From the NCBI GenBank assembly GCA_045606105.1, contig JAZURI010000011.1, forward strand, positions 70,836-134,835: a stretch of DNA of 64,000 nt. The letters are read 5' to 3'. A program made the position numbers and the translations under genes. Every line of letters begins with the position of its first letter. Positions within the stretch are counted from its first letter, which is position 1. Positions 31,117-42,054 of this stretch are shown in pieces. Under the pieces are notes generated by a model. That model had not been told where the DNA came from. It searched no databases and saw only the letters and a program-made list of their open reading frames with translations. The DNA comes from Spirochaetia bacterium. GTDB taxonomy: Bacteria > Spirochaetota > Spirochaetia > CADAEX01.

Positions 31117-32347
31117 AAATTTCCACCGGTTTTATCCTGCCGCCCTGTCGAGCCGGCAGCCATGATGCAGCCACCGAGAAAAATACCGCAAGAAGGGCAA
31201 ATACCGCCAGCTTACCCGGATCAATATCCACAGGAATACTCTCCAGATAGAACTGTGAATCAAAGAGCGAAATATTGCATACCCCTTCCAGAAAGGCGAT
31301 AATTCCGTTTATGTTTACAGCGGCCAGCACACCGACCGCTGTACCCAGCACTGCAGCACAGACCCCGATAAAAAGGGCGGTAAGCATGAAAATGGAGGAG
31401 ATGTCCCTGTCTGTGGCCCCTGCACTTTTCAGCACCGCAATATCCTGCTTCTTGGAAATGACCATCATTATCATGGAGGATGAGATATTTACCGAAGCTA
31501 CGGCCAGAATCAGGATCATTATGAAAATCAGAAACTTCCTTGTGGTATCCAGGGATGCCACCAGACTGTCGTTAAGGGTTTCCCAGCCAGACAACCGGAC
31601 TCCCGGTACGGAGCTGTAGATTTCATCCATTACCGAATAAAGCTCATCGCCGAAAGGATCGGAAACCGTTACTCCCAGCATCCGGCTGTTCTTTTCCTTG
31701 AAAAGGGAGCTGCCGCACTCCAGAGAAATGAAGGCTGAAAGCATGTCCAGGTCCTGATATCCCGATGTATATATTCCTGTTACCCTGAAGCTTGTAGGCC
31801 TGAGCAGCACCGGTCTTCCCGGCACCACCCTGGCTGTCAGGAGCTTGATGGAATCGCCGGGAGCCACCTTAAGCTTGTCTGCAGTTTCGGAGCTGATGAC
31901 TATGCTGTCCCTTTCAGCCAGGGAGAAATCGCCATCCTTTACCGTTATGTACTGCCGGAAACCATGGTTCTCGCTGTATACGGAATCGGGAATACCCCGT
32001 ACCGTAATACCGGTCCTGCCATCCTCGGCATAAAGTATACCGCCTCCCTGAACGCATGGAAAAACATTTTCCACATTTTCAAGAGAAGAGATCTGTTCCA
32101 TTATATCGGCCTCTTCTTCGGCCCCGGTATCAGCCGGGAGGCGTACCTGAATATGGAAGCTGCCTACCTCGATGTACCGGCTTACAATTCCCTCTATCAT
32201 TCCGTCTGCAATCACGGATACCACAATCAGGGGAACCAGGCTGATGGCCGCCCCTATTACGGCACCCCGGATATGCCTGAACATACCTGCCTTGCTTTTA
32301 TTGAAGAGAATCCTGAATGCAAAGAAGAAAGGGAAAAGCCTGATCAT
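31103..32347 (-). CDS. ABC transporter permease, FtsX/LolE-like
   Basis: Four TM helices with a large periplasmic loop (MacB/LolCE topology); adjacent to the LolD-like ATPase. Confidence 0.75.
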   Translation of the reverse strand: MIRLFPFFFAFRILFNKSKAGMFRHIRGAVIGAAISLVPLIVVSVIADGMIEGIVSRYIEVGSFHIQVRLPADTGAEEEADIMEQISSLENVENVFPCVQGGGILYAEDGRTGITVRGIPDSVYSENHGFRQYITVKDGDFSLAERDSIVISSETADKLKVAPGDSIKLLTARVVPGRPVLLRPTSFRVTGIYTSGYQDLDMLSAFISLECGSSLFKEKNSRMLGVTVSDPFGDELYSVMDEIYSSVPGVRLSGWETLNDSLVASLDTTRKFLIFIMILILAVASVNISSSMIMMVISKKQDIAVLKSAGATDRDISSIFMLTALFIGVCAAVLGTAVGVLAAVNINGIIAFLEGVCNISLFDSQFYLESIPVDIDPGKLAVFALLAVFFSVAASWLPARQGGRIKPVEIFRKH

Positions 32348-33021
32348 ATCTGCACGAAACCGCCGTTTTCAAGCTTTACCGTAATGTCGCCCCGGGCTGC
32401 AATACCGGGATCGTGGGTTACCAGAATCAGGGATTTTCCCTTTTCGGCGGTAAGCTCAAAGAGTAGATTTTCTATGTTTCTGGAATTTTTTTCATCAAGG
32501 TTTCCTGTAGGCTCATCAGCCAGAATCAGCATGGGATTGTTTACCAATGCCCTGGCTACCGCTATTCTCTGCCTCTCGCCGCCGGAAAGACGGGAGGGAT
32601 ATGAATTCCGCTTATGGATCATGTTGACCCTTTCCAGAAGCTCCTCACCCATCTCCCTTGCCTCTTTTTTAGGGATGCCGGAAATAAGGGCAGGAATCAT
32701 GATATTTTCAAGGGCATTCAGCTCCTTGAGGAGATAATGGAACTGGAAAATGAAGCCTATGGTACTGTTACGGTAGCTGCAGAGCCCCTTTCTGCCCAGT
32801 TTTGTGATATCGGTACCGTTTACAATGACGCTTCCGCTGTCGCAGAAGTCCAGGGAACCGATAATGTTGAGCAGAGTACTTTTACCGCAGCCGCTTTCCC
32901 CGGTTATGATAAGCTGTTTTCCGGCCTCCAGGGAAAAGTTCATATCCTTTATGATTTCAAGCCTTTCATCGCCGTTCTTATAGCTTTTGTTTAGATTTTT
33001 CAATTCAAGAATATTCATCAT
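32344..33021 (-). CDS. ABC transporter ATP-binding protein, LolD-like
   Basis: Walker A GESGCGKST, signature LSGGERQRIAVARAL, Walker B ILADEPTGNLD. Confidence 0.85.
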   Translation of the reverse strand: MMNILELKNLNKSYKNGDERLEIIKDMNFSLEAGKQLIITGESGCGKSTLLNIIGSLDFCDSGSVIVNGTDITKLGRKGLCSYRNSTIGFIFQFHYLLKELNALENIMIPALISGIPKKEAREMGEELLERVNMIHKRNSYPSRLSGGERQRIAVARALVNNPMLILADEPTGNLDEKNSRNIENLLFELTAEKGKSLILVTHDPGIAARGDITVKLENGGFVQI

Positions 33022-34256
33022 TCACACCTCAGAACCGAAGCCGGATTCTTTACATCAAGCCTTCTGACTGCTGCCAGAGCCGAAAACACCGAAGAGAGAA
33101 ATGCAAAAAGAAATGCTGCCAGAACCTCTCCCGGCATGATTTTTACCGGAATCTCCATTATATAGAAATAGGAGCGGGGAAAAAGCTGGAAACCGGATGC
33201 AATGCTGCCTACAAAATCAAAGATGGCATTGACATTGGAGGCCACCAGTATACCCAGTACCACCCCCAGCACACCCCCTGCCAGTCCGGTTATTATCCCT
33301 TCCGTTACAAATATTTTTCTCACCTCTTTTTCAGAAACTCCGATGGAATAGAGAATAGCTATATCCTCCATCTTTTCAGACACCGAGCGCTTCATGAAAT
33401 TGAATATATTTACACCGATAACCACAAAAATCAGGGAGATTACAAACATCATGGCAAACTTCTCCATCCTGAGAGCTCCGAAAAATGCCTTGTTGTATTC
33501 CCGCCATGAGACTATCTTTCCGTCGGTGACCTCCCGGAGCCTTTTTTCAGCCCTCTTGTCACGGTACTGGTTACTGAGCTTGACCCCCAGCTTTATATCC
33601 GGTGTACCGGCCTGAAGCAGAGGGGCGCTTTCCAGCGACATGATAACCAGGTTCCTGTCGTATTCGTAATAGCCGCTTTTGAAGATGCCTGTTACTTTAA
33701 AAGGTATATTCTGCGGCTTCAGCTTGTTGAAGCTCTCTCCTGCCAGGGCCATTACGGAAAATGTATCGCCAGGCTCCAGACGAAGGTATCTGGCAAGCTC
33801 GCTTCCGAGAATAACACCTTCACCGTTCTCAAGGGAGAATTTTCCCCTGATTATGTTCAGATGCTCCATGAAAAGCCTGTCCTCAGCCGCAGCCGCAGGA
33901 TCCACACAACGTACGTTTATAGGGGCCAGCCTGGAAAGGGAGCCTTCGGAAAGAACCTGAATATCGGTAAACGGAACACAGCTCCTGATACCGCGGACCT
34001 CTGAAACCTTTTCCGGAATTGAAGGATCCTTTCCGTCATAATCTATCCGCATGTGGTATGAGCCGATTTCAAGGATGTCGGAAATATAACCGAACTGCAG
34101 TCCGTTCATTATGGAAATGACGGTAATGAGGGTCATGACTCCTACTGCCAGACCAAGTACGGAGAGTAGCTGGGTAATGTTGCGGTTTTCCCTTTCCCGG
34201 CCCATGAGATAACGGCCGGAAAGAAAGGTTATCCATCTGAAGCTGCGTTTTCCCAT
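33018..34256 (-). CDS. ABC transporter permease, FtsX/LolC-like
   Basis: Same topology as the 31103-32347 product; the 4-nt overlap with the ATPase gene suggests a permease-ATPase-permease operon. Confidence 0.75.
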   Translation of the reverse strand: MGKRSFRWITFLSGRYLMGRERENRNITQLLSVLGLAVGVMTLITVISIMNGLQFGYISDILEIGSYHMRIDYDGKDPSIPEKVSEVRGIRSCVPFTDIQVLSEGSLSRLAPINVRCVDPAAAAEDRLFMEHLNIIRGKFSLENGEGVILGSELARYLRLEPGDTFSVMALAGESFNKLKPQNIPFKVTGIFKSGYYEYDRNLVIMSLESAPLLQAGTPDIKLGVKLSNQYRDKRAEKRLREVTDGKIVSWREYNKAFFGALRMEKFAMMFVISLIFVVIGVNIFNFMKRSVSEKMEDIAILYSIGVSEKEVRKIFVTEGIITGLAGGVLGVVLGILVASNVNAIFDFVGSIASGFQLFPRSYFYIMEIPVKIMPGEVLAAFLFAFLSSVFSALAAVRRLDVKNPASVLRCE

Positions 34257-35356
34257 TCTTCCTTCTTCACCCTCTCCCTGTTCAGGTAATAGTATGTGGC
34301 AATAATGCCTCCGCCGGACATGATATCTTCCACAAAATCATTATCAGTCCTATAAGTTATTATTTTATAAAGAGTTCCGTTTCTGTATCTTGTTTCGGTT
34401 TTTACATGGTCCCCTTCATAGGTATAAAGAATCTTCTCCATTCCGCCGGGAAAGGACTCCACTGATGATATGAGATTGGAGGCCTCATCATAGCCGAAAA
34501 CCCTCTTTCTTGTAAGACGGTCCCCTTCAAGTTCCTCTTCCGATTCTGTCCTTCCTGAGCTGTCGTACCTGCTTATAACCCGTGTATTCAGATCGTGGTT
34601 TACCAACTCCGATGACTCAAGACCCTTTTCGCCGTAGACAAAGGATTCTGATGTTACCTCCCGACCTTCAAGCCATTCCGTACAGCCGGCAACCCTTCCG
34701 TCACGGTCGTATCTGACAGAGGTTCCCGTATAATCGGCATTTCCGTGCCACTCCATGATAAGCCGGCCGCCGGAGAATACATACCTTGTATCCTCCCTCC
34801 CCTCTTCCTCGCTGCCTGAAAAAACCGCACCTGAAATACGGCCGATGCTGTCACGGTTCAGGGTGGTGGAGCCTATCTTGTTTCCTTCGCCGTCAAAGCT
34901 GAGGATCTCCCCGAGAATACCCCCGTCATAGATAAAAACCTCCCGGCCGGTAAGAATGTCATCCTTGTAGAAGCTCTCCTCCAGTATGCCTGAACCGTCG
35001 TACACTGTCTCGGTTCTTGCGTTCCCTTCGGTAACAACCTCCTTAAGCATTCCGCCGTCGCTGCCGTAGAAGATTTCCCTGGTATTTATCAGTTCTCCGT
35101 TCCTGCCGTACAGTGTCCTCAGAACCCTGTTGTCCTCCCGCTCCAGCTTTATGTACCGGTCAAATTCACCGGTCCTGTACCTGCTTATCTTTTCCAGAAG
35201 CATGCCTGAGCTGTTGGAGGCAAAATATTCCTCCCCGAAAAGAGAGACGGCAAGAAATAGGAAAAAGGCAATACTAATCTGTTTCAAGCAATGTTTCCAG
35301 ATATTTTTTCTTGTCAAACCTTGCAAAATCGCCGTATTTTTCACCGGTTCCCACAA
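34229..35356 (-). CDS. hypothetical secreted protein with YD-like repeats
   Basis: Hydrophobic N-terminus; repeated Y-D/G-x-x-G-R motifs (VYDGSG, RYDRDGRV, RYDSSGRT). The ORF-track start overlaps ftsY by 83 nt, so a downstream TTG (LKQISIAFF…) is a likelier start. Confidence 0.45.
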   Translation of the reverse strand: MWEPVKNTAILQGLTRKNIWKHCLKQISIAFFLFLAVSLFGEEYFASNSSGMLLEKISRYRTGEFDRYIKLEREDNRVLRTLYGRNGELINTREIFYGSDGGMLKEVVTEGNARTETVYDGSGILEESFYKDDILTGREVFIYDGGILGEILSFDGEGNKIGSTTLNRDSIGRISGAVFSGSEEEGREDTRYVFSGGRLIMEWHGNADYTGTSVRYDRDGRVAGCTEWLEGREVTSESFVYGEKGLESSELVNHDLNTRVISRYDSSGRTESEEELEGDRLTRKRVFGYDEASNLISSVESFPGGMEKILYTYEGDHVKTETRYRNGTLYKIITYRTDNDFVEDIMSGGGIIATYYYLNRERVKKEEWENAASDG

Positions 35357-36140
35357 AGGCTACAGGAATTCCCAGCTTACCGGAAATGGAAATAAGGCTT
35401 CCCCCCTTGGCTGCGGAATCGTATTTGGCCAGGACGATACCGTCGATATTCATGGCCTCGTTGAAGATCTCCACCTGGCTTACGCCGTTCTGACCGGTGG
35501 TAGCATCGATAACGATGAATTTCTTGTAGTTCTCTGCCGGAATCTTGCTTGTGATGATCTTATCGATCTTCTGCAGCTCCTTGATAAGGTTTGTCTTGTT
35601 GTGCATTCTTCCTGCAGTATCTGCGAGAATCACATCCTCACCCCTGGACCTCACGCTGTCGATGGCATCATAGATTACGGCACCCGGATCTGAGCCGTGC
35701 TGCTGGTTAACAACCCTGATTCCCAGTCTTTCGCCGTGGATTCCGATCTGCTCGATGGCAGCTGCACGGAAGGTATCTCCTGCCGCAAAAACCACCTTCT
35801 TTCCCATGGTGTTCTTGATATAATTTCCCAGCTTGGCAATGGATGTGGTCTTTCCTACCCCGTTTACTCCGAGGAACAGATAAAGGTTTATCCCCTCGTT
35901 GAGGCGGAAGTCATATTCAACCACCTTGTTGTCCAGTATCCTTTTAAGAGCCTCCTTCAGGGTCTCAAAATCATCTATCTTTTCCTTTGAAGCCACTTCC
36001 CTCAGCTCGTCCACAATGGACACAGCCATGGAAGCACCCACATCCCCCTCTATAAGAGCATCCTCAAGATCCTCAAACGCACTTTCGTCAATCCTTGTCT
36101 TCTTGAAAAGCTTCTTGAACAAATTTCCCAATGATTTCAT
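35274..36140 (-). CDS. ftsY: signal recognition particle receptor
   Basis: NG-domain GTPase motifs ([10 protein letters not shown]; DTFRAAA; LADTAGR; NK-D-like); short-form FtsY, 288 aa. Confidence 0.9.
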   Translation of the reverse strand: MKSLGNLFKKLFKKTRIDESAFEDLEDALIEGDVGASMAVSIVDELREVASKEKIDDFETLKEALKRILDNKVVEYDFRLNEGINLYLFLGVNGVGKTTSIAKLGNYIKNTMGKKVVFAAGDTFRAAAIEQIGIHGERLGIRVVNQQHGSDPGAVIYDAIDSVRSRGEDVILADTAGRMHNKTNLIKELQKIDKIITSKIPAENYKKFIVIDATTGQNGVSQVEIFNEAMNIDGIVLAKYDSAAKGGSLISISGKLGIPVAFVGTGEKYGDFARFDKKKYLETLLETD

Positions 36141-36143
36141 ATT

Positions 36144-37571
36144 TCAACTCCTGTCGTCGTTATAGGCTTCTCCGGTCCTTATGTAATCCTTCAGATGAAA
36201 CATGGCGTTTACAAAAAGGGTTACAGACAGGAACAGTGAGCCGTAATACATACCTCTGCTGTAATTCCTGATTCTTTTATTCTTGCGCTGCTCATGGCTG
36301 CTGCCCGATGCAACGCTTCTCTTGTATAAATCATCGTAAGACTGATAATTGGCATAGGAAAAGAAAGCCACAGGTATGGAGAGAACGAAAAATGTAAGGT
36401 TCTTGTAGAAATCGTTCCTCTTCTCCAGCAGATATCCGTCCCTGTCGAAAAGCTCCTTCTGAGGATAAAATTCCAGGCTGTTTCCCTCTGCATCCTCCAG
36501 GAAGCCCCTGGAGCTGAGATACCCCTCCTTGGATATAACTACTTCACCCTCATCCCCCTCAATTACCATAGGGGTTTTTCCCTGCCACACGGAGCGGTAA
36601 TAGATGTCGGCACCCGGCGGATCCGATGAAATGACAACATGGCGGCCCGGCTTTGGGCTCACCTCCATGTCCAGCTCCAGGACACCGCCGCTATCCAGGG
36701 TAATCTCCCTTTCGGCAATATCTGTGCCGGCTCCGAAAACCGTTACCTTGTGCACTCCCGGCTCCACTATTATGTCGGTTGAGCTGCCTGTAGCCTTGTA
36801 TTCACCGTCCACATAGATATCTGCATCGGGATCGTTCAGGTTCAGGCTGATCCTGGCCCAGTCGGTTCCCAGCATGAAACCGTTGAAGCTGTCCAGCGCC
36901 CTGGCTACGGAATCGTAGATCCTGTCCAGGCTGTCAGTAACCCGTATGGAATGGACATTCCTGTTTTCCAGCCGGCTGTAAAGGCTGATTTCTGTTGCAG
37001 CAGTATCCTCCACCACAGTTACGGTACCCCAGATTATATAATCCAGTTTCCTGGAAACTGCCTCGGTATAAAGGTCAGCCGGGCTTTTCAGCTCTGTATC
37101 CTCCTTCTCGTCCTGATTCAGGAGAACTATTTCCTTTTCCTTCTCTATGTAAATCCTTTCAGTCTTGTATCTTTCTGCTTTCTTCAGCTTCTTCTTCCCC
37201 TTCCTGATATTGTTAAGGGCACTTTTTTCGGAGCTGTTGTCCGCAGATTCGGAAAAGAGCAGTTCGTCATATTTCTTGTAATATCCCGAAAGCTCCTTCC
37301 TGCACTTTATTATATATTCTTCCTTAAGGAAATTTCTCATGCTTTCCGCTTCCTTATCGCTCATGAGGTGGGTCCTGAAGGCAGAGAAATGTCTGGCCGC
37401 AGTACTGCTCAGGGTTGTACTTACACCGGAGCTGCTGCCGGAATGGGGGCTGCTGATCAGGTCTGTAACCAGCACACGCCACTCATCCGACTTGTCCCGA
37501 AGCACATCCTCCTGACCGAAAACCCAAAGAGGCATCAGAAAAAGCAGAAAAGCAAGAAAAATCCTAGCCAT
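36144..37571 (-). CDS. PEGA-domain protein, secreted/membrane-anchored
   Basis: Signal peptide; two PEGA-like motifs (DPDADIYVDGEYKATG…; DPPGADIYYRSVWQGKTP); C-terminal TM segment. Confidence 0.5.
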   Translation of the reverse strand: MARIFLAFLLFLMPLWVFGQEDVLRDKSDEWRVLVTDLISSPHSGSSSGVSTTLSSTAARHFSAFRTHLMSDKEAESMRNFLKEEYIIKCRKELSGYYKKYDELLFSESADNSSEKSALNNIRKGKKKLKKAERYKTERIYIEKEKEIVLLNQDEKEDTELKSPADLYTEAVSRKLDYIIWGTVTVVEDTAATEISLYSRLENRNVHSIRVTDSLDRIYDSVARALDSFNGFMLGTDWARISLNLNDPDADIYVDGEYKATGSSTDIIVEPGVHKVTVFGAGTDIAEREITLDSGGVLELDMEVSPKPGRHVVISSDPPGADIYYRSVWQGKTPMVIEGDEGEVVISKEGYLSSRGFLEDAEGNSLEFYPQKELFDRDGYLLEKRNDFYKNLTFFVLSIPVAFFSYANYQSYDDLYKRSVASGSSHEQRKNKRIRNYSRGMYYGSLFLSVTLFVNAMFHLKDYIRTGEAYNDDRS

Positions 37572-38674
37572 TATCCTTGTTCTGCCACATGTATTTGAGG
37601 TATTCCTCGATAAAGTAATCTATGTTACCGTCCATTACGCTCTGGATATTTCCGATTTCAGCCTTGGTCCTGTGATCCTTTACCATGGTGTATGGCTGGA
37701 AAACGTAGGAACGGATCTGGCTTCCGAAGTTGATGTCCTTCTTTTCCTGGGAATTCTTCTCGTTTTCCTCGTCCTGCTTGGCCTTGTAATATTCGTAGAG
37801 CCTGGAACGGAGAACCTTCATTGCCATGGCCCTGTTCTTGATCTGGCTTCTTTCGTTCTGGCACTGAACCACGATTCCTGTCTCGAAGTGGGTGATGCGG
37901 ACTGCCGAGTCGGTCTTGTTTACATGCTGACCGCCGGCACCTGATGCACGGTAGGTATCCACCCTGATATCCTCAGGTCTGATATCGATATCGATATTGT
38001 CATCCACAACCGGTGAAACGTAGATTGATGAGAAGGATGTATGACGGCGGGCGTTGGAATCGAACGGAGAAATACGTACCAGACGGTGGATTCCCGATTC
38101 ACACTTGAGAAATCCGTGGGCATATTCACCGTTGACCTGCATGGTTACCGACTTGATTCCCCCTTCAGCCTCCTGAAGATCCGCAATCTCTGTCTTGAAT
38201 CCCTTTCTTTCGGCCCATCTCAGGTACATCCTGTAAAGCATGCTGGCCCAGTCACAGGCCTCTGTTCCGCCGGCTCCCGCATGGATGGTCATGAATGCAT
38301 CGTTGCGGTCTGTAGGCTCGCTGAAAAGCTCCAGTGTCCTGAGTCTTCCGTATTCAGCCTTCATTCTGGTAATGGCATCGGCAATATCTGCCTCAAAGGA
38401 TTCGTCATTCTCTGCCACAGCCATTTCGTAAAGGTCAGTTGTGTCCTCGATCTGTGTCTTGAGCTCCTGCCAGGGATAGAGAATATCCTTCTTCTGCTTG
38501 ATTTCTCCCATAACCTTTTCAGCTTTCTTTGTATCGTTCCAGAAGCCTTCGGCAGCAGTGGATGCCTCCAGTGCTTCAATCTCGGATGCTATCTTATCCG
38601 AGTCAAAGATGCCTCCAGGTTTCAAATATATCTTCTTTGAGCTGTACAAGCTCCAGCTTATAATCTTCCAGCAT
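37564..38674 (-). CDS. prfB: peptide chain release factor 2, with programmed +1 ribosomal frameshift
   Basis: SPF and GGQ motifs in the main ORF. The upstream frame begins at the ATG at 38674 (GGAGG RBS) and encodes MLEDYKLELVQLKEDIFETWRHL. The slippery site CTT TGA C lies at 38608-38602, with an internal GGAGG 3 nt upstream. Coding is join(38674..38606, 38604..37564). Confidence 0.85.
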
Positions 38675-38781
38675 AGTTTCCTCCAATATAAATAATATAA
38701 TAATTATGTTGTTTCCGCAATACTTTAGCCCGATGCTTGAAAAAGCAGTTTTTTTTATATATATTATTTTCGGAGAATACT

Positions 38782-39276
38782 ATGAGTCTTAATGTTGTTA
38801 CTTTAGGAAAAGAAGTCCTGCGGGAAAAAGCAAAGCCTGTGGAGACCTTCGATGCCGAGCTTGAAAATATCATAAACGAAATGTTTGTTCTCATGGATGA
38901 AAGAAGAGGAGTGGGACTGGCCGCACCTCAGGTGGGAATCAGCAGACGTTTTTTTATTACCAATGCTCCCGACGACAAGAAAAGGGTTTTCATCAACCCT
39001 GAAATCATTGCCACCTCCCAGGAAACAGTAAAGGCGGAAGAGGGCTGTCTCAGTCTGCCGGGTGTATGGGGAAACGTGGAACGCTCCGTTGCCATAAGTA
39101 TTCAGGCATACGATGTAAAGGGAAAGATCTTCAGACTGAATGCAGAGGATTGGCTGGCCAGAGTGATCCAGCACGAATACGACCATCTGGACGGAAAGCT
39201 TTTCGTGGACAGAATGTCTGACAATGCAAGAAACAAGCTTATTTCACAGTATGAAAGGATGAACCAGAACAAATGA
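38782..39276 (+). CDS. def: peptide deformylase
   Basis: Motifs GVGLAAPQ, EGCLS, HEYDH; start placed at the ATG (MSLNV), preceded by GGAG. Confidence 0.9.
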   Translation: MSLNVVTLGKEVLREKAKPVETFDAELENIINEMFVLMDERRGVGLAAPQVGISRRFFITNAPDDKKRVFINPEIIATSQETVKAEEGCLSLPGVWGNVERSVAISIQAYDVKGKIFRLNAEDWLARVIQHEYDHLDGKLFVDRMSDNARNKLISQYERMNQNK

Positions 39277-40220
39277 AGATTCTCTTTGCAGGAACACCGG
39301 CCATAGCGGTACCGGCTCTCAGGGCCCTTGCGGAAAAGGGATATGCTGCGGGAGTCCTTACCAATCCCGACAGACCCTCAGGAAGAAAACGGATTCCTGA
39401 GCCATCACCTGTAAAGCAGTGTGCCCTGGAGTACGGAATCAAGGTATTTCAGCCGGAAAAACCTGACGAGGAATTCATCTCCCTCCTCAAAGAGGAAAAT
39501 TTTGATGTTCTCATAACCTTTGCATACGGAAAAATATTCAAGGAAAATTTCCTGGCCCTTTTCAAGGATGGGGCCTATAACATACATCCTTCACTTCTGC
39601 CCCGCTTCAGGGGTGCATCTCCCATCAACGCAGCCATTCTGGCCGGAGAAAGCGAAACCGGTATCTCCATACAGAAAATGGCCCTTAAAATGGATGCCGG
39701 AGATATAGTCATGCAGTTCAGGTTTCCTCTGAACGGCACCGAAAACAGCGAAACGCTTTCGGAATTCGTGGCAGCAAAAAGCGGGGAAATGATATCCGAG
39801 TTTGCAGACAGGCTTACCGAAGGAAATATTACCGGAACACCTCAGGATGATTCCAAGGCCACCTACTGCCGCATCATAGGCAAGGAGGAGGGAAAAATCG
39901 ACTGGAACGAGGATGCCCGGATCATAGAACGTAAAATCAGAGGCTATTTCCCGTGGCCCGGCAGTTATACAGCTTTCGGAGACAAAACCCTTACCGTAAC
40001 CGAGGGAGCAGTATACACGGGGGAGGATTTCGCCGATGCCGACAAAACTCCCGGCAAGGTACTGGGAAGCGACAGGCAGCAGGGAATAATCATTGCCGCC
40101 GGAGCAGGTAAGCTGGCGGTAACAAGGCTCAAGCCCCAGGCAAAGAATGAAATGGACTGGAAATCCTTTCTCAACGGCAACAGAAACTTCATCGGAACCC
40201 AACTGGGAGAAAATAAATGA
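39273..40220 (+). CDS. fmt: methionyl-tRNA formyltransferase
   Basis: MKILFAGTP N-terminus, formyltransferase HPSLLP motif; 4-nt overlap with def in the classic def-fmt arrangement. Confidence 0.9.
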   Translation: MKILFAGTPAIAVPALRALAEKGYAAGVLTNPDRPSGRKRIPEPSPVKQCALEYGIKVFQPEKPDEEFISLLKEENFDVLITFAYGKIFKENFLALFKDGAYNIHPSLLPRFRGASPINAAILAGESETGISIQKMALKMDAGDIVMQFRFPLNGTENSETLSEFVAAKSGEMISEFADRLTEGNITGTPQDDSKATYCRIIGKEEGKIDWNEDARIIERKIRGYFPWPGSYTAFGDKTLTVTEGAVYTGEDFADADKTPGKVLGSDRQQGIIIAAGAGKLAVTRLKPQAKNEMDWKSFLNGNRNFIGTQLGENK

Positions 40221-41200
40221 AAGAGACCAATCCTGAAAAAAAATATTTCAAGATAACCATAATCACCCTTATCGGAATAATCATACTGGCTGCAGCCTCT
40301 GCCCTTACCGGCTTCTTTGTAATGATCCGCGGGGCCGAGATCACCGTAGTTCCGGATGTAAAGGGAATGCAGCTGGAGGAAGCGCTGATAGAGATCCAGG
40401 ACAAGGGACTCAATTCCTTTATCCAGCTCAAATACTCACAGGAACCGGGAGACAAGGGGGCGATCCTGGACCAGAAGCCTAATCCGGGTTCCATTCTCAG
40501 GGCCGGCAGCAAGATGACCCTCAGTGTCAGCCGCGGTGCGGTTATCGACAAGGTAGGAGACTACAGAGGCTGGGATATACAGGACCTGAGATCCCATTTC
40601 ATGTCCATGTTCTCCACATACGGTACCCTTATCAGCATCAAGGAGCCGATAGTAACCATCTATAACGAAGCGCCTGAAGGGACTATCCTGGAGCAGAAGC
40701 CGCTGCCCGAAACACCCCTTACATCCTTTACCGAACTGGAGCTTATAGTCAGCCTCGGACCGGGAGATTCCATCTTCAAGGTGCCTGACTTCATTGAATT
40801 TGACTTCATGAGTGCCATGCTCTATGCGGCAGATGAAAACATTCCGTTCACCTTCAGCCACAGAGCTGCAAAAAAGGATGAGCTCAAGGGTGTGATAGTG
40901 TCACAGACCCCTACAGAGGAGTCCGAGGTCCCTAAGGGAACCATCCTTCAGTTTGTAATGACCACTCCGGAAACAAGCGACAATATCTCCTTCGGTATTC
41001 TTGAAAGGACATTGCCTGACTATCCGGTAAGTGTTAATCTGAAATATGAAATCATAAATCCGCGGGGAGAGAGAAACGAAGTCTTCTCCATGTATCACAA
41101 GGGTGGTGTAATAGCTATTCCTTATATGGTGGAAACAGGCTCTACCCTTATTCTTTCCGCAGAAGATAAGGAACTTGTTAATTTCCTGGTGAAAAACTAA
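40217..41200 (+). CDS. PASTA-domain membrane protein
   Basis: N-terminal TM helix followed by repeated PASTA-like units (VPDVKGMQLEEALIEIQDKGL…); translationally coupled to fmt. Confidence 0.6.
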   Translation: MKETNPEKKYFKITIITLIGIIILAAASALTGFFVMIRGAEITVVPDVKGMQLEEALIEIQDKGLNSFIQLKYSQEPGDKGAILDQKPNPGSILRAGSKMTLSVSRGAVIDKVGDYRGWDIQDLRSHFMSMFSTYGTLISIKEPIVTIYNEAPEGTILEQKPLPETPLTSFTELELIVSLGPGDSIFKVPDFIEFDFMSAMLYAADENIPFTFSHRAAKKDELKGVIVSQTPTEESEVPKGTILQFVMTTPETSDNISFGILERTLPDYPVSVNLKYEIINPRGERNEVFSMYHKGGVIAIPYMVETGSTLILSAEDKELVNFLVKN

Positions 41201-41223
41201 TTATTTAAAAACGGAGATATAAA

Positions 41224-42054
41224 ATGAGTGAATGTAATCATGACTGCTCAAGCTGCGGCAGCAACTGCAGTGAAAGAACAGAACCTCAGAGCTTCCTGGA
41301 GAAGCCGCATGAGCTTTCAAAAATCAAAAAAGTAATTGCAGTAGTCAGCGGAAAGGGAGGTGTAGGAAAATCCCTGGTAACCTCTATCCTTGCCGTTATG
41401 ATGAACAACAAAGGATATAAGACAGCAATTCTTGATGCCGATATCACAGGTCCTTCAATTCCAAAGGCTTTCGGCGTATGCGACAGACCTAAGCAGGACG
41501 GCGACGGATTCCTCCCTGTAAAGAGCAGAACCGGCGTAAATATCATGTCACTGAACCTTCTTCTGGAAAACGAAAGCGATCCTGTAATCTGGAGAGGTCC
41601 GGTTATCGCAGGTGCGGTAAAGCAGTTCTGGACAGATGTTATCTGGGGAGATGTGGACTATATGTTCATCGACATGCCTCCCGGAACAGGCGATGTTGCC
41701 CTGACAGTATTCCAGAGCATTCCTATCGACGGTATCGTTATCGTCACATCACCTCAGGAGCTGGTTTCCATGATTGTTGAGAAGGCTGTAAACATGGCAA
41801 AGACCATGGATATTCCTATCCTCGGCATGGTGGAAAACATGAGCTATGTAAAGTGTCCTGACTGCAACAAGGAAATCAGGATTTTCGGCGAGAGTCATCT
41901 TGAAGAGACTGCAAAGAAGTACGGAATCGAGGTTACAGACAAGCTTCCTATGGCACCGGTAATTGCTACCGCATGTGACAGAGGTATGGCAGAATTCCTC
42001 GAAGGAAGATTCCTCCCTGACCACATCAAGATGCTTGAAGAGCTTATCAAATAA
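41224..42054 (+). CDS. Mrp/ApbC-family Fe-S cluster carrier ATPase
   Basis: N-terminal CxxC cluster, deviant Walker A SGKGGVGKS, conserved CPxC (VKCPDC). Confidence 0.85.
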   Translation: MSECNHDCSSCGSNCSERTEPQSFLEKPHELSKIKKVIAVVSGKGGVGKSLVTSILAVMMNNKGYKTAILDADITGPSIPKAFGVCDRPKQDGDGFLPVKSRTGVNIMSLNLLLENESDPVIWRGPVIAGAVKQFWTDVIWGDVDYMFIDMPPGTGDVALTVFQSIPIDGIVIVTSPQELVSMIVEKAVNMAKTMDIPILGMVENMSYVKCPDCNKEIRIFGESHLEETAKKYGIEVTDKLPMAPVIATACDRGMAEFLEGRFLPDHIKMLEELIK

